Origin: an uncultured Gemmatimonadaceae bacterium
GTDB lineage: Bacteria; Gemmatimonadota; Gemmatimonadetes; Gemmatimonadales; GWC2-71-9
Assembly: GCA_964585655.1 (NCBI GenBank)
Contig: CAZPER010000002.1
Coordinates: forward strand, 18,727-82,726
Length of the DNA: 64,000 bases
Direction: 5' to 3'
Part shown: positions 56,661-64,000 of the stretch, piece by piece
How the letters are laid out: each line of letters starts with the position of its first letter
How positions within the stretch are numbered: position 1 is the first letter of the stretch
Translations under genes and position numbers: made by a program
Notes under the pieces: generated by a model
What the model saw: only the letters and a program-made list of their open reading frames with translations
Told to the model about the DNA's origin: nothing
The model's database searches: none

Positions 56661-58221
56661 AGTCGCGGCCCAGATCGTCGAGCGGGGGAAGCCCCGTCGC
56701 GGCTCGCTGCGGCCCCCACGCTCCCCCGGGCCGGACCCGGCGGTAGAAGCCTTCCAGCACCTCGGGGCGCTCCGGCGGCGTGAGCAGCATGACCGGCAGC
56801 CACACTGCGAGGCCCCCTAATGCGGTCAGGGCCAGCTTGATGCCGAAGCCGAGCGCGGCGTAGGCGGGGATCAGGCTCGCGAACGCGATGACCAGGGCCG
56901 ACGCCATGGCGGCGATCTCCGCCCAGGCGTTGATCCGCCACCAGAACCAGCGCAGCAGCAGCACCAGCCCCGGCCCGGTGCCGATCAGGATCAGGAACCG
57001 GAACACCGTGCCCACGTCGTCCATGAAGAACGACACCGCGGCCGCCAGCACGGTGAGCCCGATGGAACACCAGCGCGCCGCCGCCATCAGCTTGCGCTCC
57101 TCCGACACCCCGGCGAAGCGGGCGTAGAGGTCATTCACCAGGTAGCTGGCGCCCCAGTTGACCTGGGTGGAGACGGTGGACATGAATGCCGCCAGCAGGC
57201 TGGCGAAGACCAGCCCGAGGAGCCCGGGCGGGAGGTACCGCAGCATGAGAATGGGATACGCCAGTTCCGGATCCTCGAGCCCCGGCAGCAGGAGCAGCGC
57301 CGCCAGCCCCACCAGGATCCAGGGCCAGGTCCGCACCACGTAGTTGAGGATGTTGAAGGCGTGGGTCGCCCGCTCCGCCTCACGCTCGTTGGCCGTGGCC
57401 GACAGCCGCTGCACGAACATCCCGCCGCCGTCGCTGTTGCGGAACGCCCACCACTGGATGCCCAGGTACCCGAGCAGCGTGGTGAGCGGCAGGAGCGCGT
57501 CCTCGCCACGGGGCACCAGCTGCAGGTGGGCGCCCTTCCCCGCCGCATGCAGCCCCTCCACCATCGCGCCGAGGCCGCCCACCTCGTGCAGGGCGTAGAA
57601 CATGACGATGAGCGCCCCGGCCATCGCCAGCACGTACTGCATCAGGTCGGTTACCACCACGCCCCAGAGCCCGGCGACGGCGGTGTAGGCCACCGTGATG
57701 ATGACGATTGGCATGATGGCCCAGAGGCGGTCATCCCCCGGCAGCCCTTGCAGGTTCTGCAGCAGCCCCAGCCCCTCCATGACCTTCCGCAGCGCCAGCA
57801 TGCCGTAGCCGATGGAGATGCAGTTGAGCGGCACGGCGAACAGGAAGGCGCGGAACCCGCGCAGGAAGGCCGCCGGATTCCCGCCGTACCGGATCTCCGT
57901 GAGCTGCAGGTCGGTCATCACATTGGCGCGGCGCCAGAGCTTGGCGAGGAGCACCGCCAGCAGCACATGGGCCAGCGCAAAACACCACCATTCCCAGTTG
58001 CCGGCGACCCCACGCCGTGCCACCACCCCCGCCACATACAGCGGCGTGTCCACGTTGAAGGTCGTGGCCGCCATCGAGGTGGCGGCCAACCACCACGGAA
58101 TTGCACGGCCGCCGACGAAGAATTCGGCCATGTTCTTCGCGCCCCGGCGGGCCACCCAGAGCCCAAGCGCCAGGCTGGCGCCGAGATACAGCGCGACGAC
58201 CATCCAGTCGAGCAGGGTCAT
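56575..58221 (-). CDS. sodium:solute symporter (SSF) family transporter, last gene of the murQ-anmK-nagZ operon
   Basis: ORF trimmed to MTLLDWMVVALYLG. Co-linear with the CDS at 15787..17556 along its whole length. ATGA overlap with the nagZ-like stop. Confidence 0.8.
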   Translation of the reverse strand: MTLLDWMVVALYLGASLALGLWVARRGAKNMAEFFVGGRAIPWWLAATSMAATTFNVDTPLYVAGVVARRGVAGNWEWWCFALAHVLLAVLLAKLWRRANVMTDLQLTEIRYGGNPAAFLRGFRAFLFAVPLNCISIGYGMLALRKVMEGLGLLQNLQGLPGDDRLWAIMPIVIITVAYTAVAGLWGVVVTDLMQYVLAMAGALIVMFYALHEVGGLGAMVEGLHAAGKGAHLQLVPRGEDALLPLTTLLGYLGIQWWAFRNSDGGGMFVQRLSATANEREAERATHAFNILNYVVRTWPWILVGLAALLLLPGLEDPELAYPILMLRYLPPGLLGLVFASLLAAFMSTVSTQVNWGASYLVNDLYARFAGVSEERKLMAAARWCSIGLTVLAAAVSFFMDDVGTVFRFLILIGTGPGLVLLLRWFWWRINAWAEIAAMASALVIAFASLIPAYAALGFGIKLALTALGGLAVWLPVMLLTPPERPEVLEGFYRRVRPGGAWGPQRAATGLPPLDDLGRDFRRWLVWSVGILGVMLALGALLLRRPAP

Positions 58222-59651
58222 TCCGGGCTCCCCCGGCGCACCCCGAGCCAGCGGGCCACCGCGTGCTGCATCAGCGGCTGCCGGTGCCACGCCACCAGCA
58301 CCGGCGGACCCGCCGGGATCTCCGCCAGCAGCCGTTCGTGGGCAAAGAGCACCACCAGCGCCGCGCCCGGCACCGACACGGCCAGCGCCGCGCGCGATTC
58401 GGGGCCGAAGCCCGCCCGCCCCTTGGCCGCGCGGGGCTCGGCGAACGCCAGCGCCACCCGCGGCGCTCCCTGGCGTTCGAACACGCCGCGGGCGGCGAGC
58501 CGCCGCCGTACGAGGTCACTCGGGCCGGGGGCGTACCAGCCACCCTGGTCGTCGTCAATCACCTGCAGCTCGAAGCCGCCGGAGAGATCCGGGATATCGC
58601 CCCGGTGCAGGCCTGCGGCGAGCAGCCGCGCCGCGACCGCCTCGGCGCCGACATGGTCAGGCGCGACGGGTGTCGGCCCCTGGTCCACGGCGGAGACCGC
58701 CGCGTCGTACCGGGCGAGGGATGCCAGCACCTGGGCCGCCGGCAGCGTCCCATCCGCCGCCGCGGTGCTGAGCGCGGCGATGGTCCCCGGGATGTCCCCG
58801 GGATAGAGCAGGAGGTCACAGCCGGCGCGGATGGACGCCACCGCGGCCTCCGGCTCTCCCCGGCCGGCGCGGGCGCCGCTCATGATGAACGCGTCGGTCA
58901 CGATCAGCCCCTGGAAGCGGAGCCGGGTGCGGAGGTGCCCCAGGATCACTGACGAGGAGGTGGCGGGCGCGCCGCTGGGATCCCAGGCGGGGAACGCCAC
59001 ATGCGAGGTCATCACCGCGCCGACGCCCGCGGCCACCGCCGCCCCGAACGGAACGAGGTCACTGGATTCGAGTTGGCTGAGCAGGAGGGGGACCGACGGC
59101 AGGGTGTCATGGGAGTCGTGCCGGGTCCGGCCGTGGCCGGGGTAATGCTTGGCGCAGGCGAGCACGCCCTCCCGCTGGCAGGCCTCGATCCAGGCGGCCA
59201 CCTGCCGTCCCACTCGCGCCGGGTCCGGGCCAAATGCCCGGGTCTGGACGATCGGGTTCTCGGGCTCGAGGTCGAGGTCGGCCACCGGGGCGAAGACCCA
59301 GTTGATCCCGACCGACCGGGCGTCCCGTCCGGTCGTGGCGCCCGCCCAGATGATCACCCCGGGATCGTCGAGCGCGGCCAGGGCCCGCGGAGGTGGCACC
59401 TCCGTGAGTCCCCGCGCCTGCTGTCCGGCGCCTCGCTCGAGATCGGCGCCGATCAGGACCGGGCGGCCGGCGGCGGCACGGATCTCCGCGGTGAGGGCCG
59501 CGACCTCGTCGGCGCGGGCACCCGGAACCCCGAAGATGATGAAGCCCCCGACCCCCAGCTCGAGCGCCTGGCGCATGGCCTCGAGTTCGTGATGGAAGCC
59601 GGTCTCCCGGCGCCAGCGAAGGGCCGGAAGGACCAGGCGGGCGAGGGTCAT
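58218..59651 (-). CDS. nagZ: glycoside hydrolase family 3 beta-N-acetylhexosaminidase (NagZ-like) with C-terminal extension
   Basis: ORF trimmed to MTLARLVLPAL. KHYPGHG and VTDAFIM motifs. ATGA overlap with the anmK stop. Confidence 0.8.
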   Translation of the reverse strand: MTLARLVLPALRWRRETGFHHELEAMRQALELGVGGFIIFGVPGARADEVAALTAEIRAAAGRPVLIGADLERGAGQQARGLTEVPPPRALAALDDPGVIIWAGATTGRDARSVGINWVFAPVADLDLEPENPIVQTRAFGPDPARVGRQVAAWIEACQREGVLACAKHYPGHGRTRHDSHDTLPSVPLLLSQLESSDLVPFGAAVAAGVGAVMTSHVAFPAWDPSGAPATSSSVILGHLRTRLRFQGLIVTDAFIMSGARAGRGEPEAAVASIRAGCDLLLYPGDIPGTIAALSTAAADGTLPAAQVLASLARYDAAVSAVDQGPTPVAPDHVGAEAVAARLLAAGLHRGDIPDLSGGFELQVIDDDQGGWYAPGPSDLVRRRLAARGVFERQGAPRVALAFAEPRAAKGRAGFGPESRAALAVSVPGAALVVLFAHERLLAEIPAGPPVLVAWHRQPLMQHAVARWLGVRRGSPE

Positions 59652-60757
59652 GCCGGGGTCACCTGCCCCAGGACCCGGGGACCGGTGGCCCCGGTGGCGG
59701 TCACGACATTGGCCGGCTGGCCGTGAATGGTGAGGTAACCCAGCAGCGCGAACGCCACCGCCTCCTTGGCGTCCCCATTGAAGAAATGATCCTCGAACCG
59801 GCTGAGCCGCAGCCCCCGCGCCCCGAGGAGCGCCGCCAGCCGTTCCCGCAGCACCGGGTGATGCAGGCCGCCGCCGGAGACGACGACCTCGGGCGTCCCC
59901 GGCACCCAGCGGGCGATCGCCTCGGCGACGCTGCGGGCCGTCAGCTCCACGGCCGTGGCCACGCCGTCGGGGCCGGGCGCTTCCCGATGCATCCGCTCCG
60001 CCACCGCGAGCCCGAAGCGTTCCCGCCCGGTGCTCTTGGGGGGCGGAGCGGCAAAGAACGGATCCGCGAGCAGGTCCGCGAGCAGCGCCTCGCGCACCCG
60101 GCCGCGGCGCGCCAGTTCGCCGTCGTGATCGAACCGGAGCGATCGATCCACCATCCGGGCGACCGCGTCCACCAGCGCCACGCCGGGGCCGGTGTCGAAC
60201 GCCAGCACCCCCGCCTCCTCGGCCCGCCGGGGGACGTAGGTCAGGTTCGCCATCCCGCCCAGGTTGAGCAGCACCCGCGGCAGCTCCGCGTGCCCGAAGA
60301 GGAGCACGTCGGCGATGGGCACCAGCGGCGCGCCCTGCCCTCCCGCCGCGACGTCCCGCGCGCGGAAGTTGCTCACCACGCGCACCCCAAACCGTTCCGC
60401 GAGGATCGCGGGTTCCCCCAGCTGCCAGCTGGTGGCCGGCGGCTCGTGCCAGATGGTCTGCCCGTGCATGGCGATGAATCCCAGGTCGGAGGCGCGGGTG
60501 TGGGTCTCGCCGAGCACCGCCTCCACCGCCTCCGTGGCCCACTCGGAGAGCCGCACGTGCAGCAGCGCCAGCTCCCGTGCCCCGCCCGCCGCGATGGCGG
60601 TGAGGATCTGTTCCCGCTCCGCCGCGCTGTACGGCCGGCTCTCGAAGCCGAGCAGTTCACACCTGGTGGGGCCGTCGAGGCGGACCAGGGCGGCGTCCAC
60701 CCCGTCAAGGGAGGTACCGGACATGAGTCCCACCGCCAGTGTCGGGCGCTCGGTCAT
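59648..60757 (-). CDS. anmK: anhydro-N-acetylmuramic acid kinase
   Basis: ORF trimmed to MTERPTLAVGLMSGTSLDGVDAAL. GGQGAPLVP and NLGGMANL motifs. ATGA overlap with the murQ stop. Confidence 0.85.
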   Translation of the reverse strand: MTERPTLAVGLMSGTSLDGVDAALVRLDGPTRCELLGFESRPYSAAEREQILTAIAAGGARELALLHVRLSEWATEAVEAVLGETHTRASDLGFIAMHGQTIWHEPPATSWQLGEPAILAERFGVRVVSNFRARDVAAGGQGAPLVPIADVLLFGHAELPRVLLNLGGMANLTYVPRRAEEAGVLAFDTGPGVALVDAVARMVDRSLRFDHDGELARRGRVREALLADLLADPFFAAPPPKSTGRERFGLAVAERMHREAPGPDGVATAVELTARSVAEAIARWVPGTPEVVVSGGGLHHPVLRERLAALLGARGLRLSRFEDHFFNGDAKEAVAFALLGYLTIHGQPANVVTATGATGPRVLGQVTPA

Positions 60758-61680
60758 GGCGCCACCACCGCGGGCGGGTCGCCGACGATGGCCCGGAGGT
60801 GGCCCTGGTGTTCGGCCAGGAGCCGGGTGGCCTCCGCCAGCGAGACCCCCCGCCGCTGCATGACGATGGCCGGCTTGACCTGCCCCTCCGCGGCCTGGAG
60901 CAGCACCCGCGCGGCTTCCCGTCCGATCCCGGTCGTTTCCATGAGGATCCGTTCGCTCCGGTCCTGGAGCTTGGCGTTCCACGCCTTGAGGTCCACCATC
61001 AGGTTGCCGTAGGTCTTCCCCAGCCGGATCATCGCGCCGGTGGTGAGCAGATTGAGCGCCAACTTGGTGGCGGTCCCCGCCTTGAGCCGGGTGGACCCGG
61101 TGACGACCTCCGGCCCCACCAGGAGGGTGATGCAGACGTCGCACTGCTCCCGGAGGGATGGCGGCGGCTCGGAGCAGCTCACCAGGGCGGTCCGCGCCCC
61201 GAGCGCCCGCGCCCGCCCCAGCGCCGCCCCGACGAACGGCGTGGTCCCGCTCGCCGCGATGCCGATCACGACGTCCCCCGCGCCCACCCGGTGGGCGTCC
61301 ATCGCCGCCGCCCCGGCGCCGGTATCATCCTCGGCGCCCTCCACCGACCGGAACATGGCTTCCTGGCCGCCCGCGATGATCCCCACGATCATCCCGGGGT
61401 CGGTGCCAAAGGTCGGCGGGCACTCGGCCGCATCGAGCACGCCGAGCCGGCCGCTGGTGCCGGCCCCGACGTAGAAGAGGCGGCCTCCGGATCGGAAGGC
61501 CGCCTCGAGCAGCTCGATGGTCCGGGCGATCTCCGGCTTCATCCGCGCCACCGCCTCAGGCACCCCCGCATCCTCGGCGGTGACCAGGTCCACGATCTCG
61601 AGTGGGGTGGCGCGGTCGATCTCCGCGGTGCGCGGGTTGCGTCGCTCGGTGAGCCGGGAGTCGAGGAAGGTATCGGTCAT
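60754..61680 (-). CDS. murQ: N-acetylmuramic acid 6-phosphate etherase
   Basis: TERRNPRT, SIS motif YVGAGTSGRLG, CPPTFG, 308 aa. Confidence 0.9.
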   Translation of the reverse strand: MTDTFLDSRLTERRNPRTAEIDRATPLEIVDLVTAEDAGVPEAVARMKPEIARTIELLEAAFRSGGRLFYVGAGTSGRLGVLDAAECPPTFGTDPGMIVGIIAGGQEAMFRSVEGAEDDTGAGAAAMDAHRVGAGDVVIGIAASGTTPFVGAALGRARALGARTALVSCSEPPPSLREQCDVCITLLVGPEVVTGSTRLKAGTATKLALNLLTTGAMIRLGKTYGNLMVDLKAWNAKLQDRSERILMETTGIGREAARVLLQAAEGQVKPAIVMQRRGVSLAEATRLLAEHQGHLRAIVGDPPAVVAP

Positions 61681-61700
61681 TGGTGGGCGCGGGGGGCGCG

Positions 61701-61713
61701 CCCTAAATTAGGG
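61701..61713. promoter_or_regulatory. palindrome CCCTAA-A-TTAGGG in the 53-bp murQ/ggt divergent intergenic region
   Basis: Perfect 6+6 inverted repeat and the only AT-rich element in this short divergent promoter region. Confidence 0.25.
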
Positions 61714-61733
61714 GTGGTCGGTCCACCCCAGCA

Positions 61734-63512
61734 ATGACGTCCCTTCCCCAAGACCGCGAGGCCCGCGTGCGGCTGCGCCCCCTGTTCCTGCTGTCCCTGA
61801 CCCTCCCGCTCCCCGGCGCATGCGCCTCCTCCGCCCCGCGGGGGGCGGCCACGGCACCGGCCAGCGCCCGGGGCGTCAACCCCGACTGGCCCCTGGCAGG
61901 CAAGGCCCGGGTGGCGGAGGGGCGCCGGGCCATGGTGGTCTCCGGCAGCCCGCTCGCGAGCGAGGTGGGACGCCAGGTCCTCGAGGCTGGGGGCAACGCG
62001 GTGGACGCCGCGGTCGCCGTCGGCTTTGCCCTGGCGGTGGTGCACCCGGAGGCCGGGAACATCGGCGGTGGCGGATTCATGGTGTTCCGGATGAAGGACG
62101 GCACCAACGCGGCCCTCGACTACCGCGAGGCCGCCCCGGGCCGCGCCAGCCACGACATGTATCTCGATCGTTCCGGCGAACCGACCGCCCTGTCCGACAA
62201 GGGCCACCTGGCGGCCGGGGTCCCGGGAGCGGTGGCCGGGATGCTGGAGGCTCACCGCCGCTTCGGGAAGCTGCCGCTCAAGGCCGTGATCACCCCCGCC
62301 ATTCGCCTGGCGGGCGAGGGGTTCGTGGTGGATGAGTACCGCAGCCGCTCCATCGACAACTATCGCGCCTGGCTGTACACCTTTCCGGCGTCACGGCGCT
62401 ACTTCCTGCCGGACAACGGCCAGGCGCCGGCACCCGGGACCCGCTGGGTCCAGGCCGACCTGGCGCGGACCCTCACCGCCATCCGCGACCAGGGGGCCGA
62501 CGGCTTCTACAAGGGCTGGGTGGCCGACTCGATCGTGGCGGAGATGGAGCGGGGCGGCGGCCTGATCAGCCACGCGGACCTCGCGTCCTACCGCGCCGAG
62601 TGGCGCGAGCCGCTCCGGATCAGCTATCGCGGGTACACCATCTACTCCATGCCCCCCGCCTCGTCCGGCGGCGTCACCATGGGCCTGATGCTCAACATCA
62701 TGGAAGGGTACGACCGGCTCCCCCCATTCGGCTCCGCCGCCCTGCTGCATCGCGAGGCCGAGGCGATGCGGCGCGCCTTTACCGACCGGAACACCTATCT
62801 CGGTGATCCGGCGTTCGTCCGGATGCCGCTGGAGCGGCTGCTGTCGAAGGAGTACGCCGCCACCCTCCGGCAACAGATCGACCTGAAGCGCGCTACGCCC
62901 ACCCCACCCTTCGATCCCACCCTGCGGGATGGCAACTCCACGACCCACTATTCCGTGGTGGACGCCGACGGCAATGCCGTGAGCTGCACCACGACGCTCA
63001 ATGACAGCTACGGCAGTGCGGTGGCGGTGTCGGGCGCCGGGTTCCTGCTCAACGACGAGATGGACGACTTCACCACCGCGCCGGGGAAGCCCAACGGCTA
63101 CGGCCTGGTGCAGGGGGAGGCCAACGCGATCCAGCCCGGGAAGCGGATGCTCTCTGCCATGACCCCGAGCCTGGTACTGGACCGGGAGGGCAAGCTGTTC
63201 ATGGTCGTGGGCACCCCCGGCGGCCCCACGATCATCACCCAAGTGTACCACGTGATCTCCAACGTCATCGACCACGGGATGTCGCTGCCGGATGCCGTCG
63301 CCGCGCCCCGGATGCACCACCAGGCGCTCCCCGACGAGGTGCGGCTGGAACGGAACGGCTTCCAGCCCGGCGCCATCGCGGAACTGGAGGCACTGGGCCA
63401 CTCGCTGGCGTACCGCGGGCGGTGGGGCGACGTCGAGGCGATCATCCGGACCCCCAGCGGGTGGCAGGGCGTCTCGGACCCGCGGCTGGGTGGGGGTGGC
63501 GCGGGCTACTGA
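61734..63512 (+). CDS. ggt: gamma-glutamyltransferase
   Basis: Signal peptide, GGNAVDAAVA, GGGGFM, autoprocessing site ...NSTTHYSVVD, 592 aa. Confidence 0.9.
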   Translation: MTSLPQDREARVRLRPLFLLSLTLPLPGACASSAPRGAATAPASARGVNPDWPLAGKARVAEGRRAMVVSGSPLASEVGRQVLEAGGNAVDAAVAVGFALAVVHPEAGNIGGGGFMVFRMKDGTNAALDYREAAPGRASHDMYLDRSGEPTALSDKGHLAAGVPGAVAGMLEAHRRFGKLPLKAVITPAIRLAGEGFVVDEYRSRSIDNYRAWLYTFPASRRYFLPDNGQAPAPGTRWVQADLARTLTAIRDQGADGFYKGWVADSIVAEMERGGGLISHADLASYRAEWREPLRISYRGYTIYSMPPASSGGVTMGLMLNIMEGYDRLPPFGSAALLHREAEAMRRAFTDRNTYLGDPAFVRMPLERLLSKEYAATLRQQIDLKRATPTPPFDPTLRDGNSTTHYSVVDADGNAVSCTTTLNDSYGSAVAVSGAGFLLNDEMDDFTTAPGKPNGYGLVQGEANAIQPGKRMLSAMTPSLVLDREGKLFMVVGTPGGPTIITQVYHVISNVIDHGMSLPDAVAAPRMHHQALPDEVRLERNGFQPGAIAELEALGHSLAYRGRWGDVEAIIRTPSGWQGVSDPRLGGGGAGY

Positions 63513-63540
63513 ATCCGGGACCCCGTGACGGGAAACGAAC

Positions 63541-63568
63541 GGGGGGCCAAGGCATGCCTTGGCCCCCC
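63541..63568. terminator. bidirectional stem-loop terminator between convergent genes
   Basis: GGGGGGCCAAGGCATGCCTTGGCCCCCC, a perfect 28-nt palindrome between the ggt stop (63512) and the minus-strand gene stop (63589). Confidence 0.6.
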
Positions 63569-63588
63569 GATGTGTTGCACCTGCCCGC

Positions 63589-64000
63589 TTATCGGGTAAC
63601 GGTGAAGTCCGACGTCAGGGTGAAGATCACCTTGAAGCCGGGCGCCACGATCACGTCGCGGTCCGCGGTCTGGTTGGCCAGCACCGCGCCACCCACCGCG
63701 CCGGCGATGCCGCCGACCACGGCCCCCGTCTTCCCGCCCACGACCTGGCCGGCCACCGCGCCGCCCGCCGCGCCGGCCCCGGCCAGCGCCGCGCCGCCGG
63801 CGGTGACGCCCTGCCCCTTGAGGTCGTGCTCGATGAACTTGGTGCCCGCCTCGGCGCTGATAGGATAGCTCGAGCCGCCGATCGAGACCTCCTGGGCCGC
63901 AATCCGGACCCGGCCGTCCGCGTCACTCTTGCTCTTGGCCGGTTCCAGGATCATGACCTTGAAGGTCACCACCGAGCCCGCCGGAATCGCCACCCGGCCA
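63589..64000 (-). CDS. glycine-zipper containing protein (partial; 5' end beyond window)
   Basis: GGAALAGAGAAGGAVAGQVVGGKTGAVVGGIAGAVGGAVL glycine-zipper segment. The frame stays open to the window edge. Confidence 0.45.
   Translation of the reverse strand, partial: GRVAIPAGSVVTFKVMILEPAKSKSDADGRVRIAAQEVSIGGSSYPISAEAGTKFIEHDLKGQGVTAGGAALAGAGAAGGAVAGQVVGGKTGAVVGGIAGAVGGAVLANQTADRDVIVAPGFKVIFTLTSDFTVTR

Overview
High-GC bacterial chromosomal segment. Gene content, and signal peptides that end in ...AQ, suggest a Gemmatimonadota-like lineage; this is inference only. I call about 50 tightly packed protein genes, many joined by 1-4 nt start/stop overlaps, plus one RNA gene (SRP RNA) that the ORF track cannot show. 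I found no rRNA, tRNA, CRISPR array, IS element or prophage genes. Gene content in order: bshB1-like deacetylase, cysteine desulfurase-mnmA, S9 peptidase and ppk1 (+). A minus-strand run from about 7.6 to 48.1 kb follows, interrupted only by ffs and one SSF gene on the + strand: dnaJ-grpE, cinA-pgsA, mglA-mglB, recR-ybaB-dnaX, an M14 peptidase/sugar-1-P nucleotidyltransferase/sugar kinase operon, a glycolytic cluster (fba, pgi, pyk) containing a 4x PPC-domain protein, an envelope thiol-redox operon (ccdA-tlpA-bcp), ispG, class II RNR nrdJ, and an amidase-GWxTD-Ser/Thr kinase-gamma-CA operon. A divergent plus-strand operon encodes FHA protein, Ser/Thr kinase, PP2C phosphatase and an FHA-trypsin-like protease fusion, followed by a GGDEF/EAL protein. 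Last come a murQ-anmK-nagZ-SSF transporter peptidoglycan-recycling operon and ggt. The most unusual items are (1) a visibly AT-rich ~460 bp intergenic region (32.2-32.7 kb) with a cluster of DnaA-box-like motifs, (2) the FHA/STPK/PP2C/FHA-protease module placed back to back with cell-wall genes, and (3) two paralogous SSF transporters next to amino-sugar recycling genes. All calls rest on reading the translated ORFs and the DNA by eye; no searches were run.
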